Assembly: GCA_965243395.1 (NCBI GenBank) | Contig: CBDEUS010000001.1 | Coordinates: 1,056,001-1,120,000, forward strand | Length of the DNA: 64,000 nt | DNA from: Gammaproteobacteria bacterium | Lineage (GTDB): Bacteria > Pseudomonadota > Gammaproteobacteria > UBA4575 | Direction: 5' to 3' | Shown here: positions 19,110 through 29,063 of the stretch, in pieces | Layout of the letters: every line of letters begins with the position of its first letter | Numbering within the stretch: the first letter of the stretch is position 1 | Position numbers and translations under genes: made by a program | The notes under the pieces: generated by a model | Told to the model about the DNA's origin: nothing | Database searches by the model: none | The model's input: the letters and a program-made list of their open reading frames with translations, nothing else

Positions 19110-20270
19110 ATGCAAAACAGTAAACGGCTGGATGCTGTTCAAGCTCCTATTATTCCTTACATAGGTGAACTAAGCCGTAATAACCCGGGCACTATTTCGT
19201 TTGGACAAGGCATTGCGTTTTATGGCCCTCCCAAACAAGCATTTGAATATGTGCAAAAACACCTTGATGATGATTCGATTAACCGTTATGGGCCAGTTGA
19301 AGGCATTCCTGAGCTGCAACTAGCACTGATTAACAAATTAAGCTCTGTAAACAAAATAATTATTAACGATGACAATGCCGTTGTTGTTACCGCCGGATCA
19401 AATATGGCTTTTAATACCGCCATTCTTGCTATTACAGACCCTGGTGATGAGGTTATTTTAACTCTCCCTTATTATTTTAATCATGAAATGTCTTTAGTTA
19501 TGGAACGCTGCGTTCCGGTATTGATACCAAGCCAAGAAAATTTTCACCTAGACATTAATAAAATAGAAGCTGCTATAACTAAAAAAACAAAAGCCATTGT
19601 TACGATTAGTCCAAACAATCCAAGTGGGGCGGTCTACTCAAAAAAAGAATTAATTGAAATAAATACTTTGTGCAAACAACATGGTATTTATCATATTAAT
19701 GACGAAGCCTATGAAGATTTTTATTATGAGAGTTACCAACATTTTTCGCCCGCATCCATAGAAGATGCGCGCTCACATACCATTTCATTATTCTCATTTT
19801 CTAAAGGTTATGGTTTTGCCGGCTGGCGAATTGGTTATATGGTCATTCCTGTGACATTACTTGCTGCGGTTAAAAAAATTCAAGATACAATATTAATTTC
19901 GCCCCCTATTATCTCTCAATATGCCGCAATTGGTGCATTAAGCGCAGAGACATCTTTTCTCGAAGATAAACGCATCACCATGAATACAAAACGCGATTTA
20001 GTTATTAATAAATTAAGTAAATTAAAACATTTAAATAAACAACCCATTTCTGAAGGAGCTTTCTATACTCTCTTAAGTGTAGACTCTAATCAAAACGACA
20101 TGGCTCTAGCGGAACAATTAATTAAAAAATACAAAGTAGCTACTATTCCAGGCTCAGCATTTGGAATTGAATCGGGATGTTATTTGCGGTTGTCTTATGG
20201 CGCTCTATTAGATAATGAAATTAATGAAGGCCTCAATAGAATTATTCAAGGCCTAAACGAATTAATGTGA
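19110..20270 (+). CDS. PLP-dependent aminotransferase class I/II
   Basis: SPNNPSG, DEAY, SFSKGYGFAGWRIG (PLP lysine). Confidence 0.92.
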   Translation: MQNSKRLDAVQAPIIPYIGELSRNNPGTISFGQGIAFYGPPKQAFEYVQKHLDDDSINRYGPVEGIPELQLALINKLSSVNKIIINDDNAVVVTAGSNMAFNTAILAITDPGDEVILTLPYYFNHEMSLVMERCVPVLIPSQENFHLDINKIEAAITKKTKAIVTISPNNPSGAVYSKKELIEINTLCKQHGIYHINDEAYEDFYYESYQHFSPASIEDARSHTISLFSFSKGYGFAGWRIGYMVIPVTLLAAVKKIQDTILISPPIISQYAAIGALSAETSFLEDKRITMNTKRDLVINKLSKLKHLNKQPISEGAFYTLLSVDSNQNDMALAEQLIKKYKVATIPGSAFGIESGCYLRLSYGALLDNEINEGLNRIIQGLNELM

Positions 20271-20633
20271 TTCTGGCATAAGCGATGAATGATGATCTAT
20301 GATTTTAAATTCCCCATTATCTTGCTTATAAATCACAAACGAAAAGCGTGCAGGGCATTTTACTAACTCTTCACTTTGATAGGAAAATTCATACTCGCCA
20401 GAATAAATTGCAGCCTGACCAAAACTTCTTACATTAGTGGCGCCAAAATTCACCTTTAAATCTTGCATTAAAAACAAAGCTTCAAAATATTCATGAATCA
20501 ATTTATGGTTGTCACGTATAATTTCTGAAAAAGTTCCCCACAACACAGCATTCTCTGCATACAAATTTACAATACCATCCAGGTCGCAATTATTTAAACA
20601 AGCTTCCCATTTTCGGAGTATGTTCTCTGGCAT
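20262..20633 (-). CDS. NTF2/SnoaL-fold protein (COG4875-like, iota-carbonic-anhydrase-like)
   Basis: LY...AVL.GT.S, YF..L, SG.Y.F, ARFSFV, C-terminal IIDHHSSLMPE. Confidence 0.75.
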   Translation of the reverse strand: MPENILRKWEACLNNCDLDGIVNLYAENAVLWGTFSEIIRDNHKLIHEYFEALFLMQDLKVNFGATNVRSFGQAAIYSGEYEFSYQSEELVKCPARFSFVIYKQDNGEFKIIDHHSSLMPESH

Positions 20634-20641
20634 TGTTGAAA

Positions 20642-22132
20642 TTACCTGCCCTTAAATATCGAACCCATTATTCCACGAATAATGGATTGACCTAACCTTG
20701 AGGTTACAACTTTAGTTGCACTCTTAATTACAGTTTGTGTAGTTGTTTCACGTCTTGAACGCGATTTGCGTTTACTAGCAGAACGTTTAGGTTTATTTGC
20801 TTTATATTCTCTTTCTTTATCAATTTGTTTTTCTGCCTTTTCAGCGGCATCTTCTGTGCGTGCTCTCAATTTTTCAGCCGCACTTTCACGATCCACACGT
20901 TTATCGTAAACGTCTTTTATTGGACTCTTGTCAAATACTTCTTTGCGCTCAGGTTTGGTCGCGGGCCCCATACGAGATTCTGGGGGACGGATTTTTGTTT
21001 GCTGCACTATCGTAGGCACACCATCAGGGTCTAGAACCGATACCAAAGCCTCACCCACACCTAATTCAGTAATTACTTTTTCTGTATTTAAATCTGGGTT
21101 TTCTCTAAAAGTTGTTGCAGCCGCTTTAACAGCTTTTTTATCGCGTGGTGTATATGCACGCAAGGCGTGTTGAATTCGATTACCAAGTTGCCCTAACACT
21201 TCATCCGGAACATCAATAGGATTTTGGGTTACGAAATATACGCCGATACCTTTGGAGCGAATGAGCCTTACAACCTGCTCTACTTTCTGGATTAAAGCTT
21301 TTGGAGCATCGTTAAACAACAAATGAGCTTCATCAAAGAAAAACACCAATTTGGGTTTATCCGGATCACCCACTTCTGGGAGCTCTTCAAATAATTCTGA
21401 TAAAAGCCAAAGTAAGAATGTTGAATAGAGGCGTGGATTTTGCATCAATTCATCTGCTGCAAATAAATTGATGTATCCTTGACCTTCCTCCGTCGTACGC
21501 ATCAGGTCTTTTAGTTCCAATGCGGGCTCGCCAAAAAAATTCTTTGCGCCTTGCTGCTCGAGAACTAATAATCGTCTTTGTATGGCCCCTATCGATTGTT
21601 TACTGACATTACCGTAGTCCACAGTAAATGATGCTGCATTCTCACCAACGTGATTAAGAATAGCTCGTAAATCCTTGAAATCTAGTAGCAATAGCCCTTG
21701 ATCATCCGCTAATTTAAAAGCGATATTTAAAACGCCTTCTTGTGTGTCGTTTAAATCTAGCAGGCGCGACAGAAGCAATGGTCCCATTTCAGAAATTGTG
21801 GTGCGAACGGGATGACCTTGCTTGCCGAAAATATCCCAGAAGATGGTCGGAAACCCTCGAGGAGAATAACCTTCTACCCCCGTTTTAGACGCACGCTCTA
21901 CAAGTTTAGGTTTCTCTTCAATCGCTTGACTGATCCCACTTAAATCACCTTTTATATCGGCTGCAAATACTGGCACACCGGCTTGGGAAAAGCCTTCTGC
22001 CAGAATCTGTAAGGTAACGGTTTTACCTGTCCCGGTTGCACCCGCGATCAAGCCATGCCGGTTAGCACGCGAAAGAAAAAGACGCTGTACAGCATCGCTC
22101 TTTCCAACAACGATTGTATTTTCTGAAATCAA
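20642..22132 (-). CDS. DUF853 / YjgR HerA-like ATPase
   Basis: [15 protein letters not shown] (Walker A), FFDEAHLLF (Walker B), RSKG.GVYFVTQ. Confidence 0.93.
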   Translation of the reverse strand: MISENTIVVGKSDAVQRLFLSRANRHGLIAGATGTGKTVTLQILAEGFSQAGVPVFAADIKGDLSGISQAIEEKPKLVERASKTGVEGYSPRGFPTIFWDIFGKQGHPVRTTISEMGPLLLSRLLDLNDTQEGVLNIAFKLADDQGLLLLDFKDLRAILNHVGENAASFTVDYGNVSKQSIGAIQRRLLVLEQQGAKNFFGEPALELKDLMRTTEEGQGYINLFAADELMQNPRLYSTFLLWLLSELFEELPEVGDPDKPKLVFFFDEAHLLFNDAPKALIQKVEQVVRLIRSKGIGVYFVTQNPIDVPDEVLGQLGNRIQHALRAYTPRDKKAVKAAATTFRENPDLNTEKVITELGVGEALVSVLDPDGVPTIVQQTKIRPPESRMGPATKPERKEVFDKSPIKDVYDKRVDRESAAEKLRARTEDAAEKAEKQIDKEREYKANKPKRSASKRKSRSRRETTTQTVIKSATKVVTSRLGQSIIRGIMGSIFKGR

Positions 22133-22472
22133 AGGATTTTTCTATTATTTTTATGGTCTTTATTCTAGTACGCTAAAGGGCCTACTGTGAGAACTTAGCT
22201 TCTGCCAGCTTATCGTATTTGAGTAGCCCTTCATGCTGCTTTATTAGTAAAAGCATAGCAAGTTAAATATAGTCCTTACAATCAATTGCTTACAACTATA
22301 TACTGAATAATTTAAGGCAAAATAAGGCAAAAACCAAAATAGATCACTTCACTGATCAAGTTTGAAGTATAAAATTTAATCTATATTAATCATCTATAAA
22401 GATTCGCACCAAGTACTGGAATATCTAGTTATCAAAATCGCATAGCAAAAACGCTGACCTAATAATACTATT

Positions 22473-24548
22473 TTGAAAAAACTATCACACAAATTGAAGT
22501 TTCTAAGCATTGTTGTAATTACTTTTTGTATCACCAGCAGTATAAGTTACAGCAATACAAACGATATCCTTGCGCCAGAGAAACAACATAATCGTGCAAC
22601 CAAACTTATTGCGCATTTTTTAGATAAGTATCACTACAAAGAATTTAATATTAACAACTCGCTTTCAAGCGAAATTCTTAATGCTTATCTTGAAGCTCTA
22701 GATCCTAATCGAAGCTACTTCTATCAAAAAGATATTAATAGTTTTCAAATTTTTCGATTCAAACTTGATGAAGCCATTACAAAACCCGAACTCAGCGCCC
22801 CATTTCAAATATTTCGCTTGTATCAAGCACGTGTTGAAGAACGTGTGTTATTTGCTCTAGAGCTCTTAGATACTAAATTTAATTTTAAAATTGATGAAGA
22901 GCTCAGATTTGACCGCATTGACTTACCTTGGGCAAAAAATAGTAATGAATTAAACGAAATATGGCGCAAACGCGTTAAAAATGATGTTCTCACTTTAAAA
23001 CTAGCAGACAAGAAGCCTGCAGAAATTAAAGAAACGTTAGAAAAACGTTATAACGGAATCGCAAAACGAAGTACTCAAGTAGATGCGGAAGACGTTTATC
23101 AACTATTTATTAATGCTTTTGCTAGCACCTTAGAACCACACACTAATTATTTATCGCCAAGAACATCTGAAAATTTCGAAATTCGCATGAGTCTTTCCCT
23201 AGAAGGAATTGGTGCACTATTACGAACAGATGGAGAATATACTGTAGTAGAAAAAGTAATTCCTGGTGGTCCAGCAGACTTAAGTGATTTACTTCATAGC
23301 TCGGATAGAATCGTTGGTATATCACAAGATGGTGATAAAGAATTTAAAGATGTAGTTGGCTGGCGATTAGAAGAAGTCGTAGCACTAATTCGTGGTGCAA
23401 AAGGTACTAAGGTAAATTTACAAATATTACCTGGTGACGAAGGTCAAGCCGCGAAAATAAAAGAAATTCAAATCACTCGCGATAAAATTAAATTAGAAGA
23501 ACAAGCTGCCAAAAGCGAAATCATTGAAATAGAGGAAGATTCTTTAAAGTATAGAATTGGCATTATAGATGTGCCAACTTTCTATATAGATTTTGCAGCT
23601 TATCAACGTGGTGATAAAGATTACCGTAGTACAACACGTGATGTAGATAATCTTATCACTGATCTTAAAGAACAAAAGATCGATTCACTTATACTTGATC
23701 TACGTGGTAACGGCGGCGGTTCACTTACTGAAGCGACTCAGCTGGCCGGATTATTCATTGATGAAGGACCTATTGTTCAAGTTCAGGATTCCAGTGGACA
23801 CATTGAAGTTCATCGTGATCGTGATTCAAAAATTTCTTATTACGGCCCTTTAGTTGTTTTAGTAGATCGATATAGCGCTTCAGCATCTGAAATTGTTGCT
23901 AGTGCCATTCAAGATTACCATCGAGGTATCGTCGTAGGTGAAACTACTTTTGGTAAAGGTACGGTACAGCAGTTAGTTGACTTAAATAACTTCAGCACCA
24001 GTGATGATGAAAAACTTGGCCAACTGAAAGCCACAATCGCTCAATACTTTCGAATTAACGGTAGCAGTACTCAACATAGTGGTGTTATTCCAGACATAGA
24101 CTTTCACACACTTTTTGAAGATGAAGAATATGGTGAACGTGCATTAAAAAACGCATTACCCACAAACACTATCACGCCTGTTAAACACCACTATGGCGAC
24201 ATAGACGAAAGAATCATTATACAAACTGCCGAGATGCACAGAAATAGAACTCACACAGATGAAAAATTTAATTCCCTTATCGAAATGTTTCAGCTTGATT
24301 ATGATGTAAGAAACCAGAAAACCATTTCTTTATTAGAGTCCACACGAAAAGCTGAATATCAACGCGTTGAATCAACCCGCTCAGAGTACGAGGCGTTGCT
24401 AAAAGACACTGAAGAAAACCTAAACAAACTGGATGACGACGAAGCGTTTATAGATGTGCTCTTAGACGAAACGGCACATATTGCAACCGATCTTGCCAAG
24501 CTATTAAAAGCACAAAACTCAAGTTCCTTTGTTTATAGAAATTATTAA
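22473..24548 (+). CDS. prc: Tail-specific (C-terminal processing) protease
   Basis: PDZ GIGA, DLRGNGGGSL, SASASEI, TFGKGTVQ. Confidence 0.95.
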   Translation: MKKLSHKLKFLSIVVITFCITSSISYSNTNDILAPEKQHNRATKLIAHFLDKYHYKEFNINNSLSSEILNAYLEALDPNRSYFYQKDINSFQIFRFKLDEAITKPELSAPFQIFRLYQARVEERVLFALELLDTKFNFKIDEELRFDRIDLPWAKNSNELNEIWRKRVKNDVLTLKLADKKPAEIKETLEKRYNGIAKRSTQVDAEDVYQLFINAFASTLEPHTNYLSPRTSENFEIRMSLSLEGIGALLRTDGEYTVVEKVIPGGPADLSDLLHSSDRIVGISQDGDKEFKDVVGWRLEEVVALIRGAKGTKVNLQILPGDEGQAAKIKEIQITRDKIKLEEQAAKSEIIEIEEDSLKYRIGIIDVPTFYIDFAAYQRGDKDYRSTTRDVDNLITDLKEQKIDSLILDLRGNGGGSLTEATQLAGLFIDEGPIVQVQDSSGHIEVHRDRDSKISYYGPLVVLVDRYSASASEIVASAIQDYHRGIVVGETTFGKGTVQQLVDLNNFSTSDDEKLGQLKATIAQYFRINGSSTQHSGVIPDIDFHTLFEDEEYGERALKNALPTNTITPVKHHYGDIDERIIIQTAEMHRNRTHTDEKFNSLIEMFQLDYDVRNQKTISLLESTRKAEYQRVESTRSEYEALLKDTEENLNKLDDDEAFIDVLLDETAHIATDLAKLLKAQNSSSFVYRNY

Positions 24549-24552
24549 ATGA

Positions 24553-24618
24553 GTGAGCGCAAGAATGCGCGAGTAAGAGTTGCATCTGGGATGATACAAG
24601 AGATTAAAGTTAGATGAT
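24553..24618 (+). repeat. Double-hairpin repeat R2
   Basis: GTGAGCGC-AAGAAT-GCGCGAGTAAGAGTTGCATC-TGGGAT-GATACAAGAGATTAAAGTTAGATGAT, 4 nt after the prc stop. Confidence 0.8.
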
Positions 24619-24624
24619 TTCCAT

Positions 24625-24652
24625 ATGACCGCTTTCGACTGATCGCGGTTAA
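24625..24652. repeat. Palindrome P3
   Basis: ATGACCGC-TTTCGACTGATC-GCGGTTAA; spacer resembles that of P2. Confidence 0.6.
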
Positions 24653-24777
24653 CCACGTGTTACATTTCACCGATGGGGCGTATAAATAATTGGTCCAAGT
24701 TATTTACTTATCTATTTAGAACCAACAATTTTAGCCGTTAAAGATAATTGATCAAATTTCAATTACTTTAGCTATAT

Positions 24778-25224
24778 ATGGATACTACGATACATCAGTT
24801 AGTCTACATCAGTGCTGCAAAGCACGAATTCTCAGAAGAAGAATTACAGGATTTATTAATTAAAGCGCGTACTAATAACCAAAAGCTTGGAATTTCTGGG
24901 ATGCTATTATTTCATCAAGGGTCATTCATTCAAGCCTTAGAAGGCCCCAAAGAAGATGTTGAAAGACTATATGAAAAGATAGGAGAAGATCGACGTCATA
25001 CTGAATCCAGAGTGTTATTTCGTGGCGACTTAGATGAACGAGATTTTGATGGTTGGTCTATGGGATTCTATCGATCAAATCAAAGTACCAAAGAGAACCT
25101 AGATGGATTTCATCGATTTTTAAAAACAGGTTTTCGTAGAGAAGTTAAAGAGGATGAAAGTCTTGCGCGTAAAGCACTTTTACAATTCAGAGAGGGAAAT
25201 TGGAGACAAAGTGTAGAAACATAG
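24778..25224 (+). CDS. Short BLUF-domain blue-light photoreceptor
   Basis: LVYIS (Tyr), RTNN, ISGMLL, FIQALEG (Gln), DRRH, F.GWSM (Trp-Met). Confidence 0.95.
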   Translation: MDTTIHQLVYISAAKHEFSEEELQDLLIKARTNNQKLGISGMLLFHQGSFIQALEGPKEDVERLYEKIGEDRRHTESRVLFRGDLDERDFDGWSMGFYRSNQSTKENLDGFHRFLKTGFRREVKEDESLARKALLQFREGNWRQSVET

Positions 25225-25227
25225 CTT

Positions 25228-25255
25228 AATGTCCGCTTTGGGTTGTGTATACATT
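25228..25255. repeat. Palindrome P4 (degenerate right arm)
   Basis: AATGTCCGC-TTTGGGTTGTGT-ATACATT, 3 nt after the BLUF stop. Confidence 0.5.
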
Positions 25256-25263
25256 TTAAGTAT

Positions 25264-25327
25264 ACCTGACTTTATATTGTTCACGTCATCCATGACGTGA
25301 CTCGTATTCGCACTTCCCTGTGCTCAC
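25264..25327 (-). repeat. Double-hairpin repeat R3
   Basis: Minus strand GTGAGCAC-AGGGAA-GTGCGAATACGAGTCACGTC-ATGGAT-GACGTGAACAATATAAAGTCAGGT; inverted relative to R2. Confidence 0.8.
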
Positions 25328-25500
25328 CACTTATCGTGAAAACTTACATCAATATTATTCATGTAAGACATAAGTAAAAAATTATCAGTCCAAGTGTCTG
25401 TAAATCCAAACCCTTTGGATAATATAGAGTATTAATGCTTAGCTTTTAATCACACCGGCCGCTTAAGATGTTAGCACCACTCTGTTAAAGGGAGTTAACA

Positions 25501-25863
25501 ATGTCAAAGGCTATAAGTGTCTTTTCAATTTTATTCTTCATTATTGCCATTCCTAACCAGGCTCTTTCAGAAGAACATCCTGAACTTAATAGATTTTGCA
25601 TGTGGAAAGCGAGCGCTGCGCAAGTAATTGCTATGAATCGTGATATTGGACTTGATGAGATAAAAATTACAGCACAATATCTTAAACAAGAAGCTGATTA
25701 TAATGAACAGTTAATTGTTCTGGGCTTAATCGACAGAATTTATGGTACTTATGAGTTTGTCACACATGACACAATATATTCACAAACTAAAAAAACTTGT
25801 TTGCGTGATTTTTATATTGACAAAACTCAAGAAGTCTTTTTATCGCAGAATACTGGCAAATAA
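25501..25863 (+). CDS. Hypothetical exported protein
   Basis: GGGAG RBS, signal peptide, two Cys. Confidence 0.7.
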   Translation: MSKAISVFSILFFIIAIPNQALSEEHPELNRFCMWKASAAQVIAMNRDIGLDEIKITAQYLKQEADYNEQLIVLGLIDRIYGTYEFVTHDTIYSQTKKTCLRDFYIDKTQEVFLSQNTGK

Positions 25864-25869
25864 CATTAG

Positions 25870-27051
25870 CTAAGTTAGTTGCCCGAAAATTCTGAATCCA
25901 GCTACGTAAGTTCCGATTGCAGATCCTAACGAACTTAGCACGAAAATTAATAATATTCGTGCAACTCTGTTTTTACGCCAACCCAATGCCGTTGAAGTAT
26001 CTTTGCGTAAATCGCTAAAATCACTCACAGTTGGCTTACGTATAAATAACTCCATTGCTGCAGTAACCATGCCTGCACCAATCGTTGGGTTAAGTGAAGT
26101 GATCGGAGCCGCTATAAATGCAGTTATTATCGTCAACAAATGTGCACCCGCAATAGCTGCGCCTAAGGCCGATAAACTTCCATTAATAATTACCCACTGC
26201 CAAATTAAACTCCAACCTAAATCAGGACCTTTTTGAAAACCCAGGTAAAAACCAAATAAAATTAAGGCAACAATTACCCAAGGTATAAATTTTAACCATG
26301 ATCTTTTCTTTGGAATTACATCTAATTCTGTAATAACCTCGTCTACCTGCATAGCATCATCTTGAAGATAGTTCATCATACCTTTCATATGCCCTGCCCC
26401 GACAATTGCTAACAAATTTTTACCAGGATTTTGCAGAAGCACTTTACGTATCTTTGCAGCCATATATTGATCACGTTCGTCAATCAAGGGAACAAACAAA
26501 TCATTTGCATCTTCAGAAAATTGAGCAAACGTAGTCTCTAACAAATCTCCGCTTTTTAATTTTTCAATTTCTTCCTCTGATACTGTCTCACGCGAAACCA
26601 CACTCGTAAACAAACCTGAGATTATATAAAGACGCTTCCAAAAGGGAACATTATGATAAACACGTTTAAGTGTTGTACCCACTTCTCTATCAATAAGTTC
26701 TAAAATTAAATTTTGTTCGTTCGAAAATTTAATTGCAGTTTTCATTTCTAAACCAGGTTCAATTCCTAATTGTTCAGCCATACGCTGTTGATAAGAACCT
26801 AATGCTAAACTCGCGGTTACCATGCTTGCTTTGCCGCTACGTATCACATCAAACAAATCCATTTTTGCTAATGCATTTGGATCTGTTATGGCATTAAATC
26901 TGCTTTGACAAAGCTCAATGCATACCACATCAAATTCCCCAGACTGGATAAGCTCTTGTGTTTTTTCAGCACTTACCCGCGAGACATGCGCAGTGCCTAA
27001 AATGGTAAGTTTGCTCTCGCCAAAAGAGAGCGATTGAATGGGTTCTTGCAC
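25870..27051 (-). CDS. TraB/GumN family (pheromone-shutdown-type) membrane protein
   Basis: LGTAHVS, CIELC..R, PG.EM, LIDERD, IVGAGH, C-terminal TM helices. Confidence 0.9.
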   Translation of the reverse strand: MQEPIQSLSFGESKLTILGTAHVSRVSAEKTQELIQSGEFDVVCIELCQSRFNAITDPNALAKMDLFDVIRSGKASMVTASLALGSYQQRMAEQLGIEPGLEMKTAIKFSNEQNLILELIDREVGTTLKRVYHNVPFWKRLYIISGLFTSVVSRETVSEEEIEKLKSGDLLETTFAQFSEDANDLFVPLIDERDQYMAAKIRKVLLQNPGKNLLAIVGAGHMKGMMNYLQDDAMQVDEVITELDVIPKKRSWLKFIPWVIVALILFGFYLGFQKGPDLGWSLIWQWVIINGSLSALGAAIAGAHLLTIITAFIAAPITSLNPTIGAGMVTAAMELFIRKPTVSDFSDLRKDTSTALGWRKNRVARILLIFVLSSLGSAIGTYVAGFRIFGQLT

Positions 27052-27102
27052 GACTTGAATTAAATAAAGAAGTTATAAATGTAATTGAAAGGCTATATAA
27101 AT

Positions 27103-27465
27103 TTATGCCTCATCATACTCATTATATTTTTTTGAACTGCCTTTCACTTTATCAACTGGATAACGTTTTTCATTAAGTTCCATTTTACGTTTCGTGATTT
27201 CCATTAAATCAATATTAAGTTGATCCGATAAACGAAGTAAAAAAATAAATATATCCGCCATTTCAAATGCCACGGCTGCATGTCGTTGAGGTTCAAGCTC
27301 ACAACTATCTTTCTCACTCATCCATTGAAAATGTTCTAGTAATTCAGATGCTTCTACTGATAAAGCCATAGAAAGGTTTTTAGGGCAATGAAATTGTTCC
27401 CAGTCTCTAACTTGAGCAAATTCTTTTAATTTTAGCTTCAATTCCTCAATTGCCGGTTCACTCAT
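27103..27465 (-). CDS. MazG-like nucleotide pyrophosphohydrolase
   Basis: RDWEQFH.PKNL.MAL.VEA.ELLE.FQW, EMAD. Confidence 0.92.
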   Translation of the reverse strand: MSEPAIEELKLKLKEFAQVRDWEQFHCPKNLSMALSVEASELLEHFQWMSEKDSCELEPQRHAAVAFEMADIFIFLLRLSDQLNIDLMEITKRKMELNEKRYPVDKVKGSSKKYNEYDEA

Positions 27466-27467
27466 AT

Positions 27468-28862
27468 CTATTTATTCCTAACTTTTGAAATTTCAGTTAC
27501 TGAATTATTCTTTTTACTATCAAGGTCATTAGCATCTGAATAATCAGATGATTTAACAACATCTCGAATTGTTTTACTACCAAGCAGTTGCTCAAGGCTG
27601 TAATCCATATCTTTAATCAGTTTGTTTATTAGTGAGTGGCTTCGGCTTTGCATAGATTTCAAATAATTATTTGGACCAGGCTCACGAACCGTATCAATAA
27701 CAGACTTTAAATTAAGTTCTTCGAGAGGTCTGGCAGGTGTATATGCCAACGTATCTGATTCGACTTTTATTAATAAACCATGTTCTTCAAACAAACTTAA
27801 CTGCTCTTCAATTGACTGCTTAGGCTGCTTTAGATCATATACAATACTATCAATTTCAATTGGTGATTGATTGTTATAAAAACGCTTACCAATTGCTGTC
27901 ATGATCTGTAAGGCCAGCTCCTCTTTTTGCCGATTCGTTAAGCTAAGGTCATGTGAATTAATGTATAGATATTCAGGGTGTTGTTTATAAAAAGCGACAC
28001 TTGATCCAATAAGCAAAATCAACCAACTCCACCATAACCAAATCATAAACACAAACAAAAAGGCGAAACTTGAATAAATAGCTGTGTAGCTGGTAGACAT
28101 GGATGCTGAAATAAATGTTGCAAACACCCAACCAATGGTTTGCCATAAGATACCTGCAACAATCCCGCCCACCAACGCTGGTATAAATCTAACTCTTGTA
28201 TTTGGTGTAAATAAATATGCTGCAGTAAAGGCTGCGATAATCATTAAGTAAGGAAGCAAGCGAGTTGCAAAACTTAATAAGGTCCCAAAAGGTTCAACTG
28301 CCAAAATAGCTTGCGCCACGTTTGAGTTCAATGCAGTACCTGTTACGGCTATCGCGCCAAACACTAATACAAACCCAAACATAATAACGACATAATTGCC
28401 TAGTCTTCTAATCAAAGAGCCTGTTTGTTTTATTCTCCAGGTATAGTTAAACGAAAACTCAATTTTTTTAATAAGTCGTGCGATTACATAAAATAATACT
28501 AACAATCCCAAAATTCCTAACGCACCTACTTTTATATTATTTACAAATCCCATTATCTGTTGTGCAATTTCTTCTCCTTGCGCACCCAGAGGTGCAAGAT
28601 ATTGTAATAACATAGGTTCCATTTGATTATGCATGCCAAATGCTTTCATCACTGCAAAACTTACTGCTATAAGTGGCACAATTGAAAGCATAGTTGTGAA
28701 AACTAAACTCATTGCACGCAGATTTAATTGCCCATCCAGAAAATCAACCATTAAGATATACATAAAACGCACAATGCTTAATAGAGATGCCTGCCACCAT
28801 GGAAGTGAGTTGATGTCCACGTTCCAGATTTTGTTGTCTATTTTTTCTTTTATGGGCAGCAT
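27468..28862 (-). CDS. YihY/BrkB family membrane protein with C-terminal wHTH-like domain
   Basis: RAMSL.FTT.LS.VP, PNTRV, YS.FA..F.FMIW..WSW. Confidence 0.9.
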   Translation of the reverse strand: MLPIKEKIDNKIWNVDINSLPWWQASLLSIVRFMYILMVDFLDGQLNLRAMSLVFTTMLSIVPLIAVSFAVMKAFGMHNQMEPMLLQYLAPLGAQGEEIAQQIMGFVNNIKVGALGILGLLVLFYVIARLIKKIEFSFNYTWRIKQTGSLIRRLGNYVVIMFGFVLVFGAIAVTGTALNSNVAQAILAVEPFGTLLSFATRLLPYLMIIAAFTAAYLFTPNTRVRFIPALVGGIVAGILWQTIGWVFATFISASMSTSYTAIYSSFAFLFVFMIWLWWSWLILLIGSSVAFYKQHPEYLYINSHDLSLTNRQKEELALQIMTAIGKRFYNNQSPIEIDSIVYDLKQPKQSIEEQLSLFEEHGLLIKVESDTLAYTPARPLEELNLKSVIDTVREPGPNNYLKSMQSRSHSLINKLIKDMDYSLEQLLGSKTIRDVVKSSDYSDANDLDSKKNNSVTEISKVRNK

Positions 28863-29063
28863 AGATTATGGTTTATGGCTTATATTCGGATATGAATTGT
28901 AGCAGATACCTAGATATCCCCTAGAAATCAATCATTCATCGATAATTAGACGAATGATAGTTATTGGCGGCAGATTATTGAGACTATTGTTAGATAACCC
29001 CTTATAGAAGGTTCTAACTAAACGAAACGATACTGCAATGAAAAATAGCTAATTTTTATGAAT

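Noticed and set aside
9175-25327. R or P repeats as CRISPR repeats or integron attC sites
   Set aside because: Not regularly spaced, no cas or intI gene, and no clear RYYYAAC...GTTRRRY ends
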